NCBI GenBank assembly: GCA_947302205.1
Contig: CAMYVD010000004.1
Span: 4,218-68,217, forward strand
Direction of reading: 5' to 3'
Origin: an uncultured Bacteroidales bacterium
GTDB lineage: Bacteria; Bacteroidota; Bacteroidia; Bacteroidales; F082
DNA length: 64,000 nucleotides
Both the position numbers and the translations under genes were made by a program. Shown here piece by piece: positions 19,796-28,749 of this stretch (positions are counted from its first letter, which is position 1; each line of letters begins with the position of its first letter). The notes below the pieces were generated by a model. That model saw only the letters and a list, made by a program, of their open reading frames with translations, made no database searches and was not told where the DNA came from.

Positions 19796-20572
19796 ATGGA
19801 CGAACGTCTTGAAGCTTTCAAACGCCTGCTCGACATCATGGATGCAGTTCGAGCGGGATGCCCTTGGGATAGCACGCAAACCATTGAGAGTCTGCGGCAT
19901 CTGACCATCGAGGAGACCTACGAACTGAGTGAAGCCATCCTTGCTGAGGATCTCAATGAGGTGAAAAAGGAATTGGGCGACCTGATGCTGCATCTGGTGT
20001 TTTATGCCAAAATCGGCAGTGAAAAAGGCGCTTTTGACATCACAGACGTGCTCAATGGCATCTGCGATAAGATGATAGTGCGCCATCCCCATATTTTTGG
20101 GAACGAGAAGGTGGAGAATGCCGAGCAAGTGGAACAGAACTGGGAGAAGATCAAGCTGGAGCGGGAGCACAACCGTAGCGTGTTAGGGGGTGTGCCCAAT
20201 GGCTTGCCCTCACTGTTGAAGGCCTACAGGATGCATCAGAAAACGGCGGGCGTGGGGTTTAAATGGCCTAGTGCTGAGGCGGCCTGGAACAAGGTGGAAG
20301 AGGAAAAGAAGGAACTGTTTGATGAGTTGCAGAAGACTGACAATCAAGAAAATATTGAAGCAGAATACGGCGATTTGCTGTTTGCCTTGGCAGCCTATGG
20401 AATATATATAGGTGTCAATCCTGACGATGCCTTGGAAAAGACCAACAAGAAGTTCAAGAACCGTTTCGGCTATTTGGAACAGCGAGCCCGCGAGATGGGG
20501 AAGGGGGTGCAACACCTTACTTTGGAGGAGATGATTGCGCTTTGGAAGGAAGCGAAGGGCAATGAGCAGTAA
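19796..20572 (+). CDS. mazG: Nucleoside triphosphate pyrophosphohydrolase MazG
   Basis: I chose the start at MDERLEAFKRLLDIMD. Contains ..CPWDSTQTIESLRHLTIEETYELSEAI.. and tandem MazG domains. Confidence 0.85.
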   Translation: MDERLEAFKRLLDIMDAVRAGCPWDSTQTIESLRHLTIEETYELSEAILAEDLNEVKKELGDLMLHLVFYAKIGSEKGAFDITDVLNGICDKMIVRHPHIFGNEKVENAEQVEQNWEKIKLEREHNRSVLGGVPNGLPSLLKAYRMHQKTAGVGFKWPSAEAAWNKVEEEKKELFDELQKTDNQENIEAEYGDLLFALAAYGIYIGVNPDDALEKTNKKFKNRFGYLEQRAREMGKGVQHLTLEEMIALWKEAKGNEQ

Positions 20573-20696
20573 GGCGTGAGAGGCGTTTTTTTTCAAAAAA
20601 AACAACCGTTTTCCGAAACAATTGTTATATTTGTAGCCTCAAAAAGAATGTAAACTAAATTCATTTAATCAATTATTATTAACTAACTCACACATT

Positions 20697-22565
20697 ATGA
20701 AAAAGTTATCTTTACTTTTTGCATTGATTGCCTTCGCATTTGGCAATGTGTTTGCACAAACAGTTCTCATCAGTGATGACTTTGAGGCTTATCCTCTTGG
20801 TGGTAAGATCGCCCAGAGCGCTCAGAACCAAGGTATCGATTGGTGGACCACATGGACCAACTCACCTGGTAGCAATGAAGACGGCGTTATTGCAGAGGCT
20901 GGCGGCACCCAGTGCGGCTACATCTCCGGCAGCAACGACAACGTTCTTCTTCTCGGTGGTCAGGAAACTGGTACTTATGACCTTGAATTCGCCATTTATT
21001 GCGATGAAGGCAAGTACGGTTACTTCAACATCCTTCACGAGTTCAACGGCGGTGGCTCAACTTGGGCCATGCAGGCTTACATGAACGCTACCAACAACGG
21101 CCAAAGCACTACCACTTATTCAGTGGGTCATGGTACCGTTCACGCTGGTGCCAACAGCAATGGTGATATCCCTGCTGTTGTGAACGAGTGGATGTTCTTT
21201 AGAATTCGCGTGGATTGCGACCAGGACGTTGCCCAGTTGTATTACCGTTCAGCTTCCACCTATCCTGAGGAGCAGCTGATCGTTGAATGGCAATGGAGCT
21301 TGGATAGCTTCGGTGAGCACACCGTAGGCCCCAAGATGGACGCCATGGACTTCTATGCACCTAACGCCACTCTCGGTTGCTACTATCTTGACAACTTCGT
21401 TTACACCAGAATCGGTGAAGAAACCTTCGCTTCTCTCGAATTCGATACCGAAGAAATCAGCGCTGCTCTTGAAGAAGATGATGCAGATTCTTTCGATATC
21501 AACATCAGCAATGCCAATGGTTCTTCAATCGGTCGTTGGACAGGTTGGGTTGACTTCGGCACCTCAACTGTTACTACCGGTTCTCACCAGATCAACTGGG
21601 ACGCTGAAATCAACGAGAACTCATCACTCGTTGGTCTCAATGTTGACGATCCTACTCTTGTTGAAGTTGGCGCCATGTTCCCGGGCTCAGCTTACGCTGG
21701 TGCAGCCATGGGTACACAGGTTGTGAGCGCACAATATGTGTTCTTCACCAACTCAACCGGTGCTCTCGGAGTTGAACCTAACACCGATGTTACCTTCCGT
21801 ATCTACGGTCAGGGCCTGTATGGCCAGCCCGGTGAAGTCCTTGCTGAAAAGACTGTTCCTTATAGCGCAATCGTTGCTGACGATTGGACCATCGCTACAT
21901 TCGACACCCCAGTTGACATCACTGGTTTCAATGCTTGGGTGACTGTTGAATACACACAAGCTGTTGAGGGTTATGCCATGTCATTCGACGGTGGCACCGT
22001 AGCTCCTCATGGCGATTATTATCGTACCAATGGTGGTGGCGCTTTCGGAAAATGCTCAGAAGTGTTCCAAGAGGTTTATGGTAACTTCCATATCCGTATG
22101 AACACTCATGGTACTCCTGTCCCCGCAACATGGGCAAGCTTGAGCAAGACTGAAAACAATGGTATCCCGATCGGTGGCAGTGATGTGGTTACAGTGAACT
22201 TGAACTCCATCGGCCTCAACGAAGGTGACCAATATTCAGCTGTCATTAACTTCAAGACTAATGATCCTGAAAATCCTGTAGTTAGAATTCCTTTGACTCT
22301 GGCTGTCGGTTCAACTTCTGTCATTGAGAACGGTAACAATGCTGTTAGCGTTTATCCTAACCCAGCTTCAGGTGAAATCACCGTTCAGGGTGAAAACCTC
22401 AGCTCACTCGCTATCTACAACGTCGCTGGTCAGTTGGTCCGCATCGTGACCCTCGACAACGTGATCAACACCATTGACATGAATGTTGAAGCTGGTGTTT
22501 ACTTCTTCAGCATTTACGACAACAATGGCAACAGTAGCGTACAGCGCGTTGTCGTCACCAAATAA
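20697..22565 (+). CDS. Secreted protein with a T9SS C-terminal sorting domain
   Basis: Signal peptide. C-terminus ..VYPNPASGEITVQG..AGVYFFSIYDNNGNSSVQRVVVTK. Confidence 0.7.
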   Translation: MKKLSLLFALIAFAFGNVFAQTVLISDDFEAYPLGGKIAQSAQNQGIDWWTTWTNSPGSNEDGVIAEAGGTQCGYISGSNDNVLLLGGQETGTYDLEFAIYCDEGKYGYFNILHEFNGGGSTWAMQAYMNATNNGQSTTTYSVGHGTVHAGANSNGDIPAVVNEWMFFRIRVDCDQDVAQLYYRSASTYPEEQLIVEWQWSLDSFGEHTVGPKMDAMDFYAPNATLGCYYLDNFVYTRIGEETFASLEFDTEEISAALEEDDADSFDINISNANGSSIGRWTGWVDFGTSTVTTGSHQINWDAEINENSSLVGLNVDDPTLVEVGAMFPGSAYAGAAMGTQVVSAQYVFFTNSTGALGVEPNTDVTFRIYGQGLYGQPGEVLAEKTVPYSAIVADDWTIATFDTPVDITGFNAWVTVEYTQAVEGYAMSFDGGTVAPHGDYYRTNGGGAFGKCSEVFQEVYGNFHIRMNTHGTPVPATWASLSKTENNGIPIGGSDVVTVNLNSIGLNEGDQYSAVINFKTNDPENPVVRIPLTLAVGSTSVIENGNNAVSVYPNPASGEITVQGENLSSLAIYNVAGQLVRIVTLDNVINTIDMNVEAGVYFFSIYDNNGNSSVQRVVVTK

Positions 22566-22587
22566 TCTTTTTCGAAAGATTTGAAAA

Positions 22588-22616
22588 AAGCCGTCCGTTG
22601 AGGGCGGCTTTTTTTT
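22588..22616 (+). terminator. Rho-independent terminator
   Basis: Stem aagccgtcc/gggcggctt followed by a T-run. Confidence 0.7.
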
Positions 22617-22623
22617 ATCTTTG
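22616..22623 (+). promoter_or_regulatory. -7 box TATCTTTG upstream of cdsA (near-leaderless)
   Basis: Matches TAnnTTTG and ends 8 nt before the ATG at 22631. Confidence 0.4.
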
Positions 22624-22630
22624 CATCATC

Positions 22631-23419
22631 ATGAAAGAATTGCTAGTTAGGACATTGTCAGGTGCAGTGCTGGTGGCACTCATCATCGCATGCATCATGG
22701 TCTCCCCTTGGACCTGTGCGGCTTTAGGCTTATTGATCGTTGCCATAGGAACTTTTGAGATGAGCCGACTCCAACAGATTGGCAATCCTTGGCAGATTGC
22801 CTTTGGAGAACTGCTGGCTGTCGGGTCGTATGTGCTCGTCGCTTTAGGGGCATTGAATGTGATGCTTTTTTCCGGGCTGATGCTTTTGCTTCCCATGTTG
22901 CCGTTCCTGTTGGCTTTGTTCTCCATTAGCAGCGACTTCAAATCGATAGCGGCATTCACTTTCGGCTCCATGGCTTACCTGAGCATGCCCTGTGTCCTGA
23001 TGGTATGGATGCATGAGCTTTTCAGTCCGAAGATGCTCCTGCTGGTGTTCGTCCTGTTGTGGGCCAACGACACTTTCGCCTATCTTACGGGAAAGCTGTT
23101 GGGCAAACACAAGCTCTTTCCGCGCATTTCTCCCGGAAAGACCATTGAAGGCAGTCTTGGCGGCTTGTTGTTCACGATGGTGGGTGTCATGGTGTTCAGC
23201 CATTATGCCGATTGGCTTTCGATGAAAGCAGCCCTTGGCATGGGAGCGATTGCTGTGGTGTTCGGCACGCTCGGCGACTTGTGTGAGTCGATGCTGAAAC
23301 GTCAGGCAGGTGTGAAGGATTCGGGCAAACTCATCCCGGGTCACGGAGGCATTTTGGACCGTTTTGACTCCGTTTTGTTCACCATTCCGTTTGTTTTTGT
23401 ATATTTGCTGCTGTTATGA
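22631..23419 (+). CDS. cdsA: Phosphatidate cytidylyltransferase
   Basis: Signature SMLKRQAGVKDSGKLIPGHGGILDRFDS. Confidence 0.9.
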   Translation: MKELLVRTLSGAVLVALIIACIMVSPWTCAALGLLIVAIGTFEMSRLQQIGNPWQIAFGELLAVGSYVLVALGALNVMLFSGLMLLLPMLPFLLALFSISSDFKSIAAFTFGSMAYLSMPCVLMVWMHELFSPKMLLLVFVLLWANDTFAYLTGKLLGKHKLFPRISPGKTIEGSLGGLLFTMVGVMVFSHYADWLSMKAALGMGAIAVVFGTLGDLCESMLKRQAGVKDSGKLIPGHGGILDRFDSVLFTIPFVFVYLLLL

Positions 23420-24096
23420 GACAGATTCACAAACGGATTCATGAAGAGGGTACCAAGGCTATTTTGGTCAACCTGCTTATTTTGATCGTTTTGGTCGTTG
23501 GCATCAACCTGTTGTGGCCTCATCAAACGGTGTGGCATGTGGTGGCGTACGTTATCATCGCGCTCTTTTTCGGCCTTATCGTACGTTTTTTCAGGATTCC
23601 TATCGAACGTAAGACCACCATCATGGAGCATGCTGTAATCTCTCCTGCTGATGGTGAGATTGCCGCCAACGAAATCGTGATGGAAGACGAGTATTTTCAT
23701 GAAGAACGCCGTCAAATCTCCATCTTCATGTCCATTTATAATGTGCATATCAATTTCTTCCCCTTTGATGGAGAGGTGACTTATTATAAGTACCATCCAG
23801 GCAAGTTTTTGGTGGCCTTCAAGCCCAAGTCATCCACCGATAACGAGCATAATTCCATCGTGATTAAGGATGCTCAGGGAAGAGAAGTGCTGGTGCGTCA
23901 GATCGCCGGTTTTGTGGCTCGCCGCATCGTATGTGACTTGGAACCTGGCGATGCGTCAGTCGTTGGCGAGGAATTCGGCATGATCCGCTTCGGCTCCCGC
24001 GTGGATGTGTTTCTCCCAGTGGATGCTGAGGTGAATGTCCATATTGGCCAGAAGGTGAGAGGCAAGTCGTCGGTGTTAGCTACCTTAAAGGGTTAG
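23416..24096 (+). CDS. psd: Phosphatidylserine decarboxylase proenzyme (short form)
   Basis: ..NVHINFFPFDG.. and the FGSRVD self-cleavage motif. 4-nt overlap with cdsA. Confidence 0.85.
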   Translation: MRQIHKRIHEEGTKAILVNLLILIVLVVGINLLWPHQTVWHVVAYVIIALFFGLIVRFFRIPIERKTTIMEHAVISPADGEIAANEIVMEDEYFHEERRQISIFMSIYNVHINFFPFDGEVTYYKYHPGKFLVAFKPKSSTDNEHNSIVIKDAQGREVLVRQIAGFVARRIVCDLEPGDASVVGEEFGMIRFGSRVDVFLPVDAEVNVHIGQKVRGKSSVLATLKG

Positions 24097-25331
24097 AGGT
24101 AAGAGGCGATTTCAATCAGTTTGTTTACTTCATAGGTGCGTTTGCCAAGGACGGGTTGTCCTGAAGCATTGAACAGCAATTGATCCATGCCGGCGGCACG
24201 GGCACCGTCAATGTCAACAGTCATCTCGTCACCGATCATCAGGCTCTCTTCAGGGGTGGCACCGGCTTTTTTCAGGGCATGGAAGAAGATCTCGGGATTG
24301 GGTTTCTTTACCCCGACTTCCTCGGAGACGGTGAGGGTTTCGAAATAAGGTTCCAGGCCTGAGCCGCTCAATTTGGTGTGCTGTACCTCCTCAAAGCCGT
24401 TAGTGATCAAGTGGAGGTGGTATTTCGGCTTCAGATAATCGAGCAATTCCATGGTGCCAGGCACTAACCTCACGATACGTGGCGACCAATATACATAATC
24501 CTCGCTCAGGTGGTCGGCCAACGATTCGTCATGGATGCCGTAATGCTCCAGCGGCTTCATGAAACGAGTGCGGTTGAGCTCATCTTTGGTGATCAGGTCG
24601 GCACGATAGAGTTCCCAAAGCTTTTCATTCAGCGGATGATACACCTCGTGGAATTCATGGGCGCTTGGGATGCCTAAATCCTTGAGGTGGTATTGATCAT
24701 AGATCTTTTCGAAGGCCACTTCAGCGGCGGCGTCGAAATCCCAAAGCGTCCTGTCGAGGTCAAAGAACAGGTGCCTATAGGCCTTCTTACTTCTGCCTTC
24801 CGTCTTCTGACTTCTTAAAATCATCTGTCGTTGCCATTCAAACAAGGCCACTGCGGCGGCGTGACTGACGTTGAGTGATCGGGTGGGGCCGGGCACGGGG
24901 ATGTAAACCACCATGTCGCATTGTTTTAGGAGGTCTTCGCTGAGGCCGTGGCTCTCGCTGCCTACGATGAAAGCCGCGTCTTCGGGCAGTGGAGTGTCGT
25001 AAATGCAAGTGGCGTTGTCGGCAGTTTCGATGGCGACGATGGTCTTGCCTTCGGGGACAATCATGCGTAGGTCGGTCTCTTCGGTGAAAAACCAGCGGAT
25101 ATTGCCCCTGCTTGAGGCGGCTGCCCTGCGAACTTTTCCGAGGCTATGCCTGCTCTCGTCGCCGAGGAAGCACATTTCGGACGCTCCGATGTTGTCGGCA
25201 ATGCGGATCATGGCTCCCATGTTGTCAGGGGTCATCAGGTGGTCGGCAATGACGATGGGATGGGGGATGTGTCGGTAGATTTCCTCCGTGGGGATTTTAT
25301 TGAAAAGGTCGTTTGATTTAAGGTAGCTCAT
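24093..25331 (-). CDS. Fusion protein: SpoU/TrmH-family RNA 2'-O-methyltransferase (N-terminal) plus HAD-IA YjjG-like nucleotidase (C-terminal)
   Basis: N-terminal part: IVGSESHGLS and IPVPGPTRSLNVSHAAAVALFE. C-terminal part: FFDLDRTLWDF, ITNGFEEVQ and GDEMTVDIDGARAAGM. The linker is ILRSQKTEGRSKKAY. Confidence 0.75.
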   Translation of the reverse strand: MSYLKSNDLFNKIPTEEIYRHIPHPIVIADHLMTPDNMGAMIRIADNIGASEMCFLGDESRHSLGKVRRAAASSRGNIRWFFTEETDLRMIVPEGKTIVAIETADNATCIYDTPLPEDAAFIVGSESHGLSEDLLKQCDMVVYIPVPGPTRSLNVSHAAAVALFEWQRQMILRSQKTEGRSKKAYRHLFFDLDRTLWDFDAAAEVAFEKIYDQYHLKDLGIPSAHEFHEVYHPLNEKLWELYRADLITKDELNRTRFMKPLEHYGIHDESLADHLSEDYVYWSPRIVRLVPGTMELLDYLKPKYHLHLITNGFEEVQHTKLSGSGLEPYFETLTVSEEVGVKKPNPEIFFHALKKAGATPEESLMIGDEMTVDIDGARAAGMDQLLFNASGQPVLGKRTYEVNKLIEIASYL

Positions 25332-26281
25332 TCGTCAGTTAGGGTGTTAAGGAAGGCTTTCAGTTGCTGTTTCTCCTGTGGGGTGAGTTGTACACCGCCC
25401 TGCATCACATGGTGCATCAGGGGACTGATGTGTTCCGAGTACTGCACGCCTTCGGAATAGAAGTCGATGACCTCGTCAAGGGTGGTGAAGCGGCCGTCGT
25501 GCATGTAGGGTGCCGTGAGAGCGATGTTGCGTAGGGTAGGGGCTTTGAATTCACCTTGGATGGCGGCATCAAGGCCGTTGTTATAGCGCAGGTGGGTGGT
25601 AAACAAGGCGTTGGCGCCGCCACCGTGGCAGTGGAAACAGTCGGCGCCGTTCTCCGTGATGAAAAGCATGTAGCCGTTTAGTTCATCTTGTTCAAGTTGT
25701 TCTTCCCCTCGCAGGTATCGGTCGAACTTGCTATTGGCAAAGACTAGACTGCGGACATATTGGGCAATGGCTTTCTCCACAAGGATAAAGGTGATTTTAT
25801 CTGTGCCAAAAGCCTTCCTGAAAAGCTCGGGATAGGTATCGGATTGCTGCAGCTGTCGGACTACTTCGGAGGTGTCGGCGTTGATCTCCAGCGGGTCGGT
25901 ATAAGCGGCATAAACCATGTCCTCAAGCGTGGCCACTTGGCTTTCCCAGCCTAATCCAGTGGTGTTCCAAGCCAAGTTGATGAGCGGTAACATGGTGTGT
26001 GATGTGCCAAGATTGTCAAGCGTGCCTTCGGGTCCCATCTCAAAACTATGTTCCTTATGATGGCACATGGCGCAACTCCTTTTTTCAAAGAATAGTTGCT
26101 CTCCCAACGCGACGCCTTCCTCAGTCATGGGATTGTCGTCAGGAATGTTGTTCGTGGAGGGGAAAAACAAGGGCTGTGGCAACTCGTAAGGCGTTGGCTG
26201 GTAGGATTCGTCATGGGTCGGACGGCATCCGGCCAGCAGCAAACCCAGGAGCAAAACGACAACGGTCTTCGCTTTCATCAT
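25328..26281 (-). CDS. mbnH: Di-haem cytochrome c peroxidase-family protein (MbnH-like)
   Basis: Lipoprotein signal (LLAGC) and two CxxCH motifs (CAMCHH and CFHCHGG). ATGA overlap with the gene on each side. Confidence 0.65.
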   Translation of the reverse strand: MMKAKTVVVLLLGLLLAGCRPTHDESYQPTPYELPQPLFFPSTNNIPDDNPMTEEGVALGEQLFFEKRSCAMCHHKEHSFEMGPEGTLDNLGTSHTMLPLINLAWNTTGLGWESQVATLEDMVYAAYTDPLEINADTSEVVRQLQQSDTYPELFRKAFGTDKITFILVEKAIAQYVRSLVFANSKFDRYLRGEEQLEQDELNGYMLFITENGADCFHCHGGGANALFTTHLRYNNGLDAAIQGEFKAPTLRNIALTAPYMHDGRFTTLDEVIDFYSEGVQYSEHISPLMHHVMQGGVQLTPQEKQQLKAFLNTLTDE

Positions 26282-27156
26282 TCTTTGTTATTGCGTGTGA
26301 AGAAATCCGCGAAAAGCTCTTCCATGTTTTTCTTCGTGTAGAAATGCGGTTTCGGCGCTGCCTTGTGCATGAGGCCTTTCAAAGTGCTGACAATCTTTTC
26401 CATATGTTGATCAAAGCTACTGATGCTGAATACGTCATGGCCATTTTCCTTTAACAGCTGCTGTGCCTCTTGGTTTTGCATGATGGCGCTGCCAAAGGCT
26501 TGGCAATCATAGATATGCGGATTTTGGAACCAGTTGTCGATGTTCATGTTGAGCTGAATTGCATTGACGCCATCCGCTTTCACGTCCAGATCCAAAGGAA
26601 GTTCCACGGTGAAATCATTCTGATAGAAAACGGTTAAGTCTTCATTTTGGCCGATGCCGAGATGGATGTTCATCGGGGCGAGGTCGCCGTTTTCATCAAG
26701 GTATTTGCCGTTGAGTTTCATGTAATGGTAACCGCCGCCAAGGGGTTCTGGCCAAAACATGTCGCGCTCAGGCGGGTTGGAGAATAGCCCGGTGACGTTG
26801 TCATCTTGGTCAAGCCCGAAGGTGAAACGCATGGAGGTGTATCTCTGACAAGGAATCGAGGAGGTTGAAAGTACCTGCCTCTCAGGAATATTGGTGTCGA
26901 TGTAATAGATCTTTCCCAGAGCGTATTCATCGCCTTGTTCGCCAATAATCGTGAGGTTTGAAATGAACCACTGTATTTCAGTGATCAGGAATTGGTTCCC
27001 TGCCGCGTTGGTATAGCAAAGGCTGTCCGTGATCAGGTCATGACCATTGACAGTGTAGTTGACATGGATTTCGGTGTCGCCGTAGTCCACGGGCTTGTCG
27101 CAGGCCACGTTCATCATCGAAACCAAGAGAAGCAGCAGAAAGGCAATCTTTTTCAT
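26278..27156 (-). CDS. mbnP: MbnP-family periplasmic (copper-binding) protein
   Basis: I chose the start at MKKIAFLLLLLVSMMNVAC. The size and its position directly upstream of a CCP-like di-haem gene match the MbnP/MbnH pair. Confidence 0.5.
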   Translation of the reverse strand: MKKIAFLLLLLVSMMNVACDKPVDYGDTEIHVNYTVNGHDLITDSLCYTNAAGNQFLITEIQWFISNLTIIGEQGDEYALGKIYYIDTNIPERQVLSTSSIPCQRYTSMRFTFGLDQDDNVTGLFSNPPERDMFWPEPLGGGYHYMKLNGKYLDENGDLAPMNIHLGIGQNEDLTVFYQNDFTVELPLDLDVKADGVNAIQLNMNIDNWFQNPHIYDCQAFGSAIMQNQEAQQLLKENGHDVFSISSFDQHMEKIVSTLKGLMHKAAPKPHFYTKKNMEELFADFFTRNNKE

Positions 27157-27203
27157 CTTCGTCAGAATTCGACTGCAATGATACAAAAATCTTACCAAAA
27201 TCG

Positions 27204-27211
27204 TATCTTTG
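27204..27211 (+). promoter_or_regulatory. -7 box TATCTTTG
   Basis: Matches TAnnTTTG, 21 nt upstream of the ATG at 27232. Confidence 0.4.
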
Positions 27212-27231
27212 CAGTCTAAAACAATTGAATT

Positions 27232-28329
27232 ATGGCAGAATTTAAGATAGGCGACAGGGTAAACTTCCTGAGCAGCACGGGTGGCGGCAAAGTCACCAAG
27301 ATCATTGACTCACGCATGGTGATGGTGGAAGTGGAGGATGGCTTCGAATTACCGACTTTGATCAGTGATTTGGTGCCTGACTTCCGCAACCAACCTGCCC
27401 GACAGCAGCAAATCGTGGATACGGTGCAGAAAGAGATTCAGGAGAAGGAACTTGTGCAGCAACAACAGGTGGAGGACGCCCGTCACGGAGGTTTGCGCCG
27501 TTTTGCCAAGGAAGCGGAAAAAGAAGGCGTGTACCTGGCTTTCGTGCCTCACGAGCAGCAGTGGCTTCTGACCGGTGCCATGGATGTGGTGTTGGTGAAC
27601 CATACCCCATACGAGATGCTGTACTCTTTTACCATCAAGGAGGAGGATAAGTTCGTCAATGTGGATTACGGGCAAGCCGACAAGCATGAAAAGGTGGTGG
27701 TGGAGACCATCTCACGTGATGATTTGGAGTACTGGTGCAATGGTATTGTGCAGGCCATTTTCACTACGGAAAGTAGCGACACGGTGTTGCTCCCGCTGAA
27801 CGCTCCATTCTCGCTCCGTACCAACCGTTTCTTCAAGGAAGGCAGCTACCTGATGTCAGGCCTGCTGGGTGAAAAAGCGGTGATGATCAGCCTTTCTGAC
27901 TTGGTTTCGCTCAAGAGTGGCGATGCGGATCTGATGAAAATCGTCAAGGAAGGTGTAGGATCGCAGGCACCTAAGAAAGACTTGATTAAGCATGAAGCTC
28001 CCATCGACAAGCATCGGACGGGCCAAGGCGAGGCCACGGTGGATTTGCATATCGGCGAGTTGGTCGAAAATATTGCCGGGCTTTCGAGTCACGACATGTT
28101 CAACATCCAGATGGATTATTTCAGGAAGATGCTCGATAGCGCCATTGCTGCCGAATACACCAAGGTGACGTTTATCCATGGTGCGGGCAACGGTGTGTTG
28201 AAGAACGCCATTATTGAGGAATTGAAGAAATATGGAAATACAAAAAGTAAAATGGCGTCCATTGCCAAGTTTGGCGTTGGGGCTATTGATGTTGTCATTC
28301 GCGGTGACGTCATGTCGTCGAACCAATGA
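27232..28329 (+). CDS. Smr domain protein (DUF2027 plus Smr)
   Basis: C-terminal Smr domain ..VDLHIGELVE..VTFIHGAGNGVLKNAIIEELKKY..GVGAIDVVI. Confidence 0.7.
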   Translation: MAEFKIGDRVNFLSSTGGGKVTKIIDSRMVMVEVEDGFELPTLISDLVPDFRNQPARQQQIVDTVQKEIQEKELVQQQQVEDARHGGLRRFAKEAEKEGVYLAFVPHEQQWLLTGAMDVVLVNHTPYEMLYSFTIKEEDKFVNVDYGQADKHEKVVVETISRDDLEYWCNGIVQAIFTTESSDTVLLPLNAPFSLRTNRFFKEGSYLMSGLLGEKAVMISLSDLVSLKSGDADLMKIVKEGVGSQAPKKDLIKHEAPIDKHRTGQGEATVDLHIGELVENIAGLSSHDMFNIQMDYFRKMLDSAIAAEYTKVTFIHGAGNGVLKNAIIEELKKYGNTKSKMASIAKFGVGAIDVVIRGDVMSSNQ

Positions 28330-28624
28330 TTCCTTGATCGGCCGTTGGACGGTGGAAAAGGTCAATGTGGAGTTTAATGAGCAGATTGCCACTCCGGAGA
28401 TGGTGCGGCAATACGGCGAAATGGAGAAAGGCAACGTCATTGAAATCAGTAAGGATTCCGTGCTGACGTTCATCTCTGAAGGTGACACCCTAAAGGGGAG
28501 ATGTTCTCTAAGAGGTTTTCAGTTGTCATGTGACGGTAACCCTTTTGGCCGGTACGAAAATGGCCATATCGAGACCGAGGCGGTCACACCGATTGGGGTG
28601 ATAAAAGTGTTGTATAAGAAGTGA
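28232..28624 (+). CDS. Lipocalin-like small lipoprotein
   Basis: Signal plus lipobox (LLMLSFAVTSC), then GRWTVEKV... Its 5' end overlaps the Smr gene by 98 nt in another frame. Confidence 0.5.
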   Translation: MEIQKVKWRPLPSLALGLLMLSFAVTSCRRTNDSLIGRWTVEKVNVEFNEQIATPEMVRQYGEMEKGNVIEISKDSVLTFISEGDTLKGRCSLRGFQLSCDGNPFGRYENGHIETEAVTPIGVIKVLYKK

Positions 28625-28693
28625 ACCCGCAGGGAATCGAACCCTGATCGAAGGAACCGGAATCCTTTATTCTATCCATTAAACTACGGGTCC
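28622..28693 (-). tRNA. tRNA-Arg (anticodon CCG)
   Basis: Cloverleaf folded by hand: acceptor GGACCCG/CGGGTTC, anticodon loop TTCCGGT, T-arm CAGGG-TTCGATT-CCCTG. 72 nt. CCA is not encoded. Confidence 0.9.
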
Positions 28694-28710
28694 AAGCGCT
28701 AAAGGCGCTG

Positions 28711-28718
28711 CAAAGATA
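28711..28718 (-). promoter_or_regulatory. -7 box TATCTTTG upstream of tRNA-Arg
   Basis: The reverse complement of caaagata matches TAnnTTTG. It lies 17 nt upstream of the tRNA 5' end. Confidence 0.45.
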
Positions 28719-28749
28719 GGAAAAACTTTCCGTTCTCTGTTTTCCGTTT

